This document shows, one piece after another, positions 25,823 through 38,234 of a DNA stretch of 64,000 nt. The number at the start of each line of letters is the position of its first letter. Position 1 is the stretch's first letter. The notes under the pieces were generated by a model. The model was given only the letters and a program-made list of their open reading frames with translations, made no database searches and was not told the DNA's origin. The DNA comes from Antedon mediterranea (lineage: Eukaryota > Animalia > Echinodermata): assembly GCF_964355755.1 (NCBI RefSeq), contig NC_092673.1, positions 6,882,001 through 6,946,000 of the forward strand, read 5' to 3'. The translations under genes were made by a program, and so were the position numbers.

Positions 25823-27614
25823 AAAATTGACATGTTGCGGTGTGTAGACATGTAACTGTCAACATACAAATTGATATACACACTTATGCAGATTCTTTTC
25901 ATTTAGTTAGAGGATTATGGGTCACATGATATTAAATGTTCTATTTCACTTTTAAGTGTCATCGCCATGTGTTTGCGCGGTCATTTTTGTTTAAAATGAG
26001 CACATACGTGCGAAATAAATCTAGACTGTTATTTATTGTAGGCTATCGTTAATATTAGGTGTGTTATAAAACAAATAATGAACATCTTATTTTCGTGCAA
26101 TGGAAATTCCATTCAGTGAAAGATGAAAATTTGTTTAATTGCCACACGGTCTGAAAAATATATGTAGGCCTAATAGTTCATCTTTCACCTTATGAAATTA
26201 TTTTTACCATTGCAGTCGTGAACATTTATTATTTGTAAATGCATTATTATAGTATTACATAGTAACTGTGTACTGTCTATCACAGTGAATATGCCAATTT
26301 AGCTTATTTCGGGTTATGTTTTAAACTCTGGCTTACCAAATCTTGCAAAGAGAACTTGGTTTGTAGCCTCTTATTGCGACAAAACCCATGTAGGATGAAT
26401 AAGTATTGAAAACATACCCAGAAGTCCTAACCTTTTGGGTGTCAAATTATAAAACAGAATTGTCCATTATCACATAATATTATTCATTTTCACAAAAACT
26501 GGATTAAAAATATATTTACTTGAAGAAAAATGGGCAAAAAATAGTCAAAATTATCTGTCAGACAATGGTTTTTGGTTAAATTTAACCGTTTATGGTGTCT
26601 TTTTACGAGTGAAATCATTATTTTGTTCGTAAATGACTTAATTAAAACTGCAAAATTGTCATTTTTCGTGTTTGCATAATTGCTGATGTATAGTGTAGTG
26701 TCGTGGAATTGTTCTATACATTACGAATATATATTGTAAAGTAATGATATTGAAATCAATGTTTATTATAACATGCATACATACATTAAGGCGAGCTGTA
26801 AAGTGTACAATAATAGTTGAATAATTATAATAATGTTAATTTGATTAAATAAAGAATATAATTCATTATTCTATGAATCACCATAACTTTTCCAAACGTT
26901 TTCAACTTGTGAACAATAAATATGTTCAAAGACACGTCTATAAATAAACAATATTTATGTTAACTTGTTTGTTGTTTTTTTTTCTTTATCTTCTCTGTCC
27001 TCATCATTCCATGTTGATCGTCTCCTGTATTTTCTTTTAACTCGTTTTTTAATTGCTATACTTTAATGTAATACGAAAGTCTACTTAGATGTACTGAGTT
27101 CTTTTAAGTAATAACATTATATTCGTTATTTTAATTGATTTCGACTCATACCAAGAAATTAATTTGGAATTAGGCCTACAGGTATTTAATTTATTTTTTT
27201 TAAACGATATCCATGAACGTTGTACCTAGATAACTTGAGATACTAGTTAGGTTTTTTTGTTTTTGTAATTTGTGTTATATGACAGCTAGATCCGATTTTA
27301 GATTCTATGATAGAAGGTCAAACAAACTAAATATCTCATTTACAATTGTCTCACTGGTAATAAATCATTCAGTTATTTCAATGTTTTACATTAAACAAAT
27401 AATAAAAATTTAAAGAAAACAGCTTACGTTACAATGGACGATTGACTGCTATTTGGTGTGGTTTTAAATTGACATTTACAATTGATTTTTGTTTGACCTA
27501 TAATAGAATCTAAAAACGCATGTCATAAACAGATATTATGTATTGTATGTATATAGGCTTGTATGCTACAATCTATCCGTCCGTCTTGTCCATCTGTATC
27601 TGCGTCTTCTAAAA

Positions 27615-27800
27615 ACATCGCCATTCTTACCACATCTGACGACATCGCCATTCTTTTACCTCATCTGACGACATCGCCATTCTTTTTCCGCATCTGATGA
27701 CATCGCCATACTTTTACCGTTTCTGACGACATCGCCATTCTTTTACCGCATCTGACGATATCGCCATTCTTTTACCGCATCCGACGACCACTTACCACTA
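27615..27800. repeat. Third block of the 27-28-bp minisatellite
   Basis: Units GACGACATCGCCATTCTTTTACCGCATCT. Confidence 0.85.
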
Positions 27801-28756
27801 ACTTGACACCAACTCACTGAACCTTACAAACGATGTATGATTTTAAACAAAATACTGTAATATGTTTAAATTAATGTTAGGCCTACAAAATAGTAAACAT
27901 ATACATAAACGCCTATTTTTTTCGCCGGTAAAACACACGAGACTAAGGATAACATTTGTTGCGTTAAATGCGAACGTCTGAGACCAGAGAAGTTCCCCAC
28001 GAAGGTACTTCCGGTAAGGTAATATTATTGTAGCAATTATAATCAATTAATACAAATTAATTACTTGGCCTGTTATCAATTAATAATTTTAAAAAGTTAG
28101 ACAAAAAATGTGAAGCTGCTGCTATTAATATATTGAGTAAAACGTTGAATTGTATTATTTTGAAATAAATGCTAAATAAGTTAGTAAAACAACAATTTCC
28201 AAAATTCATTTTCATGTATCCAGTGTTGCTTAATCCACACACAAAAGAGAATATGATCGAAATTTGCAGAAAGAAGCAATTAAACACTGTTATTTCAAAG
28301 TTCGGAACATCCGTAATTACTACAGACAGTCGGCCTAATATTACGGACGTAGGGAAGAAGATAAATAGGGTACTACGGAAATAATTAAATGATGGGGAAT
28401 CCCCGGCAAAATGCAATAATTACGGACAAATCAACGACCCATATGACGGGGTTTTCGACGTACTGTATCTTCTCAGACGCACATAAGCAATCCAAACAGT
28501 CAGAAATTCATTCTGAGCATTTTCAGAAACATATCTATAAAAAAATTACGCTGACCGTCGTTAAATTGTGCAAGGTTAATTTTACGCTGCAGTCAGTAAA
28601 TTTACTTATTATAAGCTCTTCCAAACCCTGGACTTCTATAACGTTAATGGTTAATATATAAGATGAAACGGGATCTAAATTTTAATTTAGTGGCAAAAAA
28701 AACCCCATTTAGTATGAAATTAAGGGTGTTGCCCGGGCAACTGGGGAAACATCCTG

Positions 28757-28959
28757 CAAAGCTCGGTCACTTTACTCGACGTCAGCCACGCCTTCGTCTT
28801 CTATCACCTAGGACACGTGCGAACAAGGAGGAGCACAAGACTTGGCACCATCTGCCTGTGTTTACCAACAAAGCACCGGTATCGAATATAATTGGCATGT
28901 TCACACGCCCTCATCGTGCCATCCCGCGCCACTTGACCATTCATCCAGAATGGGAATAG
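28757..28959 (+). pseudogene. Duplicated terminal coding exon of gene 2 (copy of 21121-21323; 3' UTR homology continues to ~29170); original acceptor missing
   Basis: 203 nt with 6 substitutions and no indel; still encodes KLGHFTRRQPRL...HLTIHPEWE*. Confidence 0.8.
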
Positions 28960-29453
28960 AAGTTAATTTTAGCACGCGCGATAAACAAAAAACCGTTTGA
29001 TATTTGTTTTATGTATTCTTTTTAACTATTTAAAACATGTACTTAAAATTTGTGTGAATAATATGGATTACTGTGCTATTTCTTGAATAATAATACTCAT
29101 AAAAAAAATGTATGTTCATGTTTATTATTATACTCCATTTATGTAATAACATTCCAAATGAAGTTAGAGAGAGAGGGGGAGGGGAATAGGGATAGAGGAG
29201 AGAGAAAGGGGGAGTGGAATAGGGATAGGGGTTTAAAAGAACCAATATAAGTTTATGACAGCAACTTGGACAAACGATATGAAAGGTAAATTCTGGACAG
29301 TGAGATGGGTCATTTCTGAAAATGTATGTTTTCTTTCTGTTGTCGATGTCTTTCCAAATGCCTTGTAGAAAATAATAATAGTGATAATGATGGTGAGATA
29401 TAAATTATATAGCGCCATGAGCGCTGTTGTGGAGTATAAATCTCCACCATCTC

Positions 29454-30474
29454 CACTGTGGACGTGGATGTTACACTTTTTCAACAGCACTCCTTTCCCC
29501 TAAGGGTCCCCTCATGTCGGTCACTGTGGACGTGGATGTTACACTTTTTCAACAACACTCCTCTCCCCTAAGGGTCCCCTCATGTCGGTCACTGTGGACG
29601 TGGATGTTACACTTTTTCAACAACACTCCTCTCCCCTAAGGGTCCCCTCATGTCGGTCACTGTGGACGTGGATGTTACACTTTTTCAACAACACTCCTCT
29701 CCCCTAAGGGTCCCCTCATGTCGGTCACTGTGGACGTGGATGTTACACTTTTTCAACAACACTCCTTTCCCCTAAGGGTCCCCTCATGTCGGTCACTGTG
29801 GACGTGGATGTTACACTTTTTCAACAACACTCCTTTCCCCTAAGGGTCCCCTCATGTCGGTCACTGTGGACGTGGATGTTACACTTTTTCAACAACACTC
29901 CTTTCCCCTAAGGGTCCCCTCATGTCGGTCACTGTGGACGTGGATGTTACACTTTTTCAACAACACTCCTTTCCCCTAAGGGTCCCCTCATGTCGGTCAC
30001 TGTGGACGTGGATGTTACACTTTTTCAACAACACTCCTTTCCCCTAAGGGTCCCCTCATGTCGGTCACTGTGGACGTGGATGTTACACTTTTTCAACAAC
30101 ACTCCTTTCCCCTAAGGGTCCCCTCATGTCGGTCACTGTGGACGTGGATGTTACACTTTTTCAACAACACTCCTTTCCCCTAAGGGTCCCCTCATGTCGG
30201 TCACTGTGGACGTGGATGTTACACTTTTTCAACAACACTCCTCTCCCCTTAAGGGTCCCCTCATGTCGGTCACTGTGGACGTGGATGTTACACTTTTTCA
30301 ACAACACTCCTCTCCCCTAAGGGTCCCCTCATGTCGGTCACTGTGGACGTGGATGTTACACTTTTTCAACAACACTCCTTTCCCCTAAGGGTCCCCTCAT
30401 GTCGGTCACTGTGGACGTGGATGTTACACTTTTTCAACAACACTCCTCTCCCCTAAGGGTCCCCTCATGTCGGT
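29454..30474. repeat. 68-bp tandem repeat, ~15 nearly identical copies
   Basis: Unit CACTGTGGACGTGGATGTTACACTTTTTCAACAACACTCCT(T/C)TCCCCTAAGGGTCCCCTCATGTCGGT; no unique spacers. Confidence 0.95.
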
Positions 30475-30530
30475 GCTGCCAACTACTGTACTGTAATACA
30501 AAAGAACCCTTCTTTTGGGACATGCCTATA

Positions 30531-30807
30531 AAGCCTGGTTTCCATTAAAATCGCTACAGCGTTTCCATTAAAATCGCTACACGCGCAGATGTCGCCGACG
30601 CAATCGGGAAGGCTCCCCGATTCATCGCAGTCAAATCGGCAAAGCTCAACCATGTTCAAAAACTTTGCCGATTTTGTCGGCGATGAATCGTATACGCGTA
30701 CCAAAGAATATTTAGCGCTCGATTGCGTACTAGATCCCGGATAAATTCTAGCGTTTCCATAGAATCGCTACGCTCTGTCGTGTAGCGATTTTATGGAAAC
30801 CAGGCTT
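30531..30807. mobile_element. MITE (PIF/Harbinger-like)
   Basis: TIRs AAGCCTGGTTTCCATTAAAATCGCTACA and TGTAGCGATTTTATGGAAACCAGGCTT, flanked by TA. Confidence 0.75.
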
Positions 30808-31136
30808 TAGATGTTTGGATGATGTATTCTGTAAAAGTTATAGTGCCCTCTATATTTTGGCAAACTCTTTCAAAAATTGCATTTAATATTTCCAGTACAG
30901 CTGTATCATCTCATTCAACAATTCTTTTTCAGGACAGTATTATCATACTGTTATAGTTATATATTAAAACCTTTTTTTACAGTTTGTAAACAAGGAATTA
31001 TTACTATATATGATCAGTATCAATACAATTCAGATAAAAAGTTTTCTCCTTTCTGCCAACTCAACTCAACTGCAAAATGAGGGTACATCATTTTGACAGT
31101 AATATAAAAGAATCTAAAAATCTACTGGTCTTAATA

Positions 31137-34100
31137 TTAATCATCTAAATCCAATCCAAACTTCTCGTACATTTCTTTTGTAGTTCTTCCCTCAAGAGTA
31201 GCTGAAATGAAAAAAAAAAATCCTTTTGAAAATTTAGTTTTTAAAGATGTATTGCCCCCCAAAAACATGAAAAAATCATATTTTAAATAGGTTATTTTGT
31301 AGTTTTAATGAATTTATGCAGAAAAAAAAAATTTTTAACTTATAAAAGGACAAAACAAACAGTATAGTAAAATTCAACCAAAAACCCATTGGTTGGCAGC
31401 CATTTTACTATTTTTTTGCTGTTAATAAAATACATGTTTTTCAGGAAAATATTTTGTTTTCAATCCAATTTTTTGTTCAAAATGAATAACCATTACAGAA
31501 CATCAAAAAGGCATATTCAAAAAAAAAATGTGAAACAATTATTTTTTAAGGTGGACAATATGTAATTTTGTTTTGTGTTGTCATTAAAATTAACTTTATT
31601 GTAATGATGTTTGTACTATTTAAACCCTGAAAAGGGACAATCAACACCAAAGACTTTCAAAAAACCAAAACAACACTTTGCGCATAATGACATCACAAAT
31701 TCTACATTGACCTTTATAAAGTTGATGCTTAATTCCTAAGGCCTCTTCTGCATGACCAATGTATGGTAGACCACAAAAAAGTATAACAAGTGTGTCCTGA
31801 ATAGCAGACAAAAATCTCTTGACTGTTTATAGACTGCTATACCTGACCAAGGTCCAGACATTCAACAACAAAAGTAAAGCAATAGGGTTGGTAAAATTCA
31901 GTCCAAAACATGCAGAATTTTTTCCAAAATATGTCAATTTGAGGGCGCTATACTAATCCAAAATACGCGAGTCTTTCCAAAATACGTCGACTTGAGGGCA
32001 CGATTCATTTTCCAAAAAAGCGAATTGTCCAAAATATGTCAACTTGAGGGCGCTATTCCTTTTCCAAAATACGCGATTTGTCCAAAATACGCGATTTGTC
32101 CAAAATACGTCAATTTGGAAAATACGTCGACTTGAGAGCACTATTAATTTTCTAAAATTGGAAAATTATCCAACTATTATCCACTATCAGTCCAAAATAC
32201 ACAGAATTTTTCCAAAATAAATCAACTTGAGGGCGCTATACTAAATACAAAATACGCGAGTCTTTCCAAAATACGTCAACTTGAGAGCGCTAATCATTTT
32301 CCTAAATACGCAATTTCTCCAAAATAATTTTTGGGGCACAAAATACTTCAACTTGAGGCTACTATTAATTTTCTAAAAATAGGAAAATTAAAACTACTTT
32401 TGTGGCGCTATTAATTTTCTACAATAAGAAAGTTATCCAACTACCCTTCCACTTGAAGGCACAGTTTTCAAAAATACGCGAATCCTAACCATTAGACTAC
32501 TGGCGCTTTCATGGTACAGTTCAAACCTGATCTGATAGCTTTAAATACTTCTTCTAACCAATTATTGCTATTATTTTAATTACAATAAGTATGCTTTTTA
32601 TTATTATATATTATATGAAATAACTATTATGGTAGATTTCAAACTTAAAACTTGGGTAACTTGTATTAGACCATAAGTACATTAAATTGAAAGCGATGTT
32701 GGTCTGTCGAGCTCGGGAAAAATATCACTTTTGTAGATCACCAAATATATAACACATATCTATGACTATACTTGTACATGCTGTTTTTGTAGCCGGTTTA
32801 TGCCTCATTTAAACTAGCTACGTCTGGCAATGCAATCGTACATCGTTCCGACATTAATATAGGCACTGTCTATTAACTGATGTTGGCACATATTTGTTTT
32901 TATTCAGTAATAAATGATTACATTGAAAAATAATAATTGGCTACTCTATGATATTTTATTTACAAAAAATTCTGCCTTCCAATAATTTCATTAATAACTA
33001 AAATGTACTTGTTTGTTTTACTCTAAGAAACTTTTTTTTTAATACATTAAACTGTAATTTTACCTTGCACTCTTAATATGATACATTTGGAAAGGCTCTC
33101 GTATTTTGGAAAAAAGTTTGCCGCCCTTAGTTGACCAAACTTGGAAAATTACTAGCGGTCCCAAATTGACGTATTTTGGACAAATTGACGTATTTTGGAC
33201 AAATCGCGTATTTTTGGAAAATGAATAGCGCCCTCAATTTGACGTATTTTGGTCAATTCACATATTTTGGATAATTTATAGCGCTCTCAACTTGACGTAT
33301 TTTGGACAATTCACGTATTTTGGAAAATGAATAGCACCCTCAAGTCGACGTATTTTGGAAAGACTCGCATATTTTGGATTAGTATAGCGCCCTCAACTTG
33401 ACGTATTTTGGAAAAAATTCTGCGTATTTTGGACTGATGTTCACCAACACGACTCAAGTAGGTGGAATAACTGATTACTTAAATACAGACTTTGTTTATG
33501 CTTGTTCAAACAGCTTTATGGTGTGATTAAGCTTGAATTACAAAATAATTTAGAATAATTTATGTTTATAGAGATACAGAAATTGGACTTTGCTAACTTA
33601 TTAATAATAATATTTTACAAGTGGTAATTTGCTTTTGAATGTGTACAATGCTTTAACGAATTTAGAATTTATGACAGTCAGTGGTGAAAAAAAAATACTC
33701 TACCATGTAAAACAAACCATATTGAAGTCACATATGACGTTCAGCTATAAATGTGTGTAAGGGGCATTTTACAACTCAAACACCACCATTGTCGTGGCTA
33801 CAATCATCACCCTGTAGTACATCATCACACTATAATCGTAACTACCATTATTACCAATACAACCATCAGCACAGAATATCTTCAACAACACCATGATTAT
33901 CATCTTCTTCTAACTAACAATCACAAGAACTACAACCACTACCATCATCAACATCACCAGCATCATTACCACTACTACAGTATCACTACCATCACCACCA
34001 CAACTAAAATCACCACTACCATCATCACCACCACCACCACTATCACCACCATCATTCCCACTACCTACAGTATCACTTCCATCACCATCACAACTAAAAT

Positions 34101-37100
34101 TACCACTACCATCATCACCACCACCACTACCATCATCACCACCACCACCACTATCACCACCATCATTCGCACTACCTACAGTCACTACCATCACCACCAC
34201 AACTGAAATCTACCCCAAACACTAACACCACCATCATTACCACTACCTACAGTATCTCTATCATCACCACCACAAATAAAATCATCACCACCACCACCAT
34301 CATTCCCACTACCTACAGTCACTACCATCACCACCACGACTGAAATCACCACTACCATCATTACCCCCAACACCAACACCACCATCATTCCCACTACCTA
34401 CAGTACAGTATCTCTATCATCACCACCACAGATACAATCACCACTACCATCATTACCTCCATTAATATCACCACCATCATTCCCACTACCTACAGTATCA
34501 CTACCATCACCACCACAAATACAATCACCCCTACCATCATTATCATCACCCCTACAACTACGATCATTACCACTATCATCATCACCACCACTATAATCAC
34601 CACCATTATCACCACTACCATCATTATCACTCACATCACCACCACAACTATGATCATAATCATCATCATCACACAACCACAATCACCACCATTATCACCA
34701 AGTATCATGACTACTACCATTACCACTACCACTTGCTTTATTTCACTATTTTACCTATTTTACCAAGCAACATCTGTCCAGCGTCCTTCAGTTCATTGTA
34801 TTCATGAAGTTTCTCTATATGTACTTGTAGCTCTTCTTCCACAAATCCACTATTATAATAAATAATAATTATTATAATAACAACAACAGTAGTAATGACA
34901 ATAATAACTATAGTAATCATAACAACAATTTTAAATGTAAATATGTATATGTTTGTATGATGTAGTATGTTTTTAAGCGGATATTAGCTCTTGATGGCAT
35001 TTGCAGCAATAAAGAAATTGAATTGAATTGAATTATTAGGGGAAAAAACATTAACTTTGATTTGATTTTTCAAAACTGTTCATTTTTTTTATTATTATCT
35101 TAAGGTTTTTGTAAAAAAAAGTACAGTTATGGTACAGAACTTCAAATCATGGGAAAGGTTTTGTATACAATATCATGTACTGTATAAAATTCCTAACCCT
35201 AATGGTATAAAGAGAAATTGAATTACATGATGAAAAATAATTTGGTTAGGTGTTTGCACTACTCTGAAAATGTGTACTTTATTATACCATGTACAATGAG
35301 AAATTCGCAAGTAATTCTTGGGTGGGACTGCAACCTATGACCAAATTACGTCAGAGTAGGGAAACATCTGACAAACACTACAATCATGAAACATATAGTC
35401 GGTGATTTGCACATGTGATAGATATTAATTAGTACACATTCAACAAAGATAGAGAGGGTGTCTCTATGTTCGCTGATGATGATGCTTGTACTCGCTCCTG
35501 AGTCTTACTGATGAAAACCCAGAATAAAGAAGAAATAAATTATAGTAAAATAATACTTATTTATCATACACTATATACAATATCAGACACATATGGGCTG
35601 GCCCAATATGTCTGTGTTTCTGGAAAGAGCTGACTGTGTAACAAAAACTTTGAACTGTATTTCTTTATTACTGTAGGACTATGGACTGTAAAGCGTGGTT
35701 CCCACTGGCGACGCAACACAAGGACGTAACGCAACGCAAGTGAATTGACCAATCACAAGCTATGGCTTATTCGCTTGTGATTGCTAACTGTCTATAACTT
35801 CGCTTGTCATTGGTTAAACCGCTTGCGTTGCGTTTACGTCCTTGCGTTACGTTCTAGTGGGAACCAAGCTTAAAATGATGTCTGCTAATTACCTAATCTT
35901 AGGCATTAAAGTCTTCAATGCTAATTATTATTTTTAAGTGCATTATATTCATATTATCAACTTGAAAACTTACCATTTCCTAAGTTCTTTCTCCTCATCT
36001 TCCATTAATTTAATCTCTTCCTTCAGGTTAATAATCTCTTGTTGAATATTGTGTGGCACCTCTTCTTGTGGAGACATCTCACTGTCAAGCTTTTTCATCT
36101 ATTAATTACCATATTAAGAATAAAAGAAATCTATTCATTCTACAAGTTGTATCCAAGACTACAATATGATTATGAATCATTAGGGTGAAACAAGCATCTA
36201 AACATGTTTGTTTTATTTTATACTGGGCGACCTCTTCAGTCAAAGACTGGTCTCCCAGAGGGCCCAGTTGGTGATCAGTGGCTGTGATGTACTAATACAC
36301 CGGGGTAACCTCCTACTCGTCTCGAAAGATGTACTAGGTTCTTTAAAGTGCACATGAGCTAGTTGTGTACACTGGACCTACGGTTTATAGTCCTTATCCG
36401 AGAAGACTCGTTCTACCACCAGAACAATGGAGTGAGTGAGCCTCGAACCCCTGCCGATGTTATGGCTACGTAATTACGGTTCCACTGTCTTAACCGCTCG
36501 GCCACTCACTCTCATGTCTACAGAATCCCATATATAATCTGTTGTGATAACTTAACTATAACATCCAACTATGCCAAATGATAGAAAAATGATAAGTTTC
36601 CATTTAAATGAGGAGTGGTTTCGTTATAAGGAATTTGTTATAGCTTTACTTTCTGACTAATGCCAAATGAGAGGAAATAGAAGAATGATAAGTTCCCATT
36701 CACATAAAACTGGCTCCTAAAGCCACACCACAACGAGGTCTGACGAAACATCTTGTCTTAACTTGACTCATCAGTGCTGTCTGTTGACTTCCAACAAGAT
36801 AGCATCTGGGGAAGATTTAGGTGGCCGAGATAACATTAAACATGTTTAATTTTCAACCGACAAGACGTCGCTGTCTAAGTTGAACTTTAGAATCCCGATT
36901 TGGTAGTTTATTTTTTTAAAAAGAGCAGAACATATTTACTACAAATTTCCGAGTTTGGTAGTCATTGTGTATGGTGTCACTATAGTTATCCACAGTGAGC
37001 AGTTTTGAATTTCTAAAGTCAGATTGAAACCCTGGTTGCATTTCTATTTTATATTGCACCATAAACTGGAATCAACCGGTCTTTTAAATTCAAAGAATCA

Positions 37101-38202
37101 TTTTTTTTTTGCAAGAAACTACAATTATTTAAATACGGCTTAAGTAAAGCTTTCATTTCTTTACTCACCGGCGACTTAAACGTTGCCTTGAAATTTCTCT
37201 TTCTTGGGTTGGAATATCTTGAAACATATAAAACAAATAATATATAAATAATTTTCTTTACAATATGTGTCCATTTTTCTCTACATCACAGTAAACAAAT
37301 TCACCATACTCGGTAACCAATCAGAATCGATTATCCTTCCTATTTGTTTTAGAGTGATGTCATCAGCATACACCTCTATCAATCTCTTACAAATTGACAT
37401 TAGATTGATAGTGCTACTGCACTTCATTTAAGTTCACAATTAGTATAGTGCTCAGGTAGTACACATAATCTACAAACACGCTTTTGATTGAAAATTCTAC
37501 ACTGAGTATTCAAACACCTAACATTGTTAAAGCAACTCAGTTTAGAATGGATGTATTCAACTATTAAAAGCAAGTGCAGGTAAGTTTCTATAATTATAGT
37601 ACATTAGGCCTAAAGCATGTTTTCTACTGTTTTCTCAGCAAATCCAATGTTTCACAGAGAAAAGATTGTGATGTATACACTACAAGAGCATTTTAATGCA
37701 TGTCTGTTGAGCTTTTCAAAACATGATTGCTCATTAACAACGTCAAATATGTATTTGCTGCGCTCTGATTGGTTGCGCAATGTTTCTCTTCGTAAGAAGT
37801 AAAAAAAAAATAAAAAATTTTGCTAAAGTAAAAAACTGAAAGAATTTTGAAACATGTATACGCATGCATATTGTAAGTTTTGTAAAACTAATTGTTGGAA
37901 ACGCTCTACCATCCCTAACATTATTGATTGCTTCTAGAACTAAACCTTTGTAGGTTTATTAATAATAATGAATGAATTAATGATTACCGCATGCCTTGGT
38001 TTATGACTGAATCAGGGTCTTTTGGCATTTTAAAGAATTTTAACGGCTTTTTAATGATTTGAGTTACTGTGTTCCTGTATATTTATATTGTTGTTAGATT
38101 CATTTGAATTGTTACTTTGTACATTGTTTACAGAATTATTCAGCCGTTGGCTGCTTTCTGTTTGTATTGTACTATTTATGTGTTTTTTTATGAATAAATA
38201 CC

Positions 38203-38234
<32 letters not shown>

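Noticed and set aside
29454-30474. CRISPR-like array
   Set aside because: Units are contiguous with no unique spacers, no cas genes are present, and the context is eukaryotic.
33751-34735. His/Thr-rich and Gly/Asp-rich ORFs
   Set aside because: Intronic trinucleotide low-complexity sequence.
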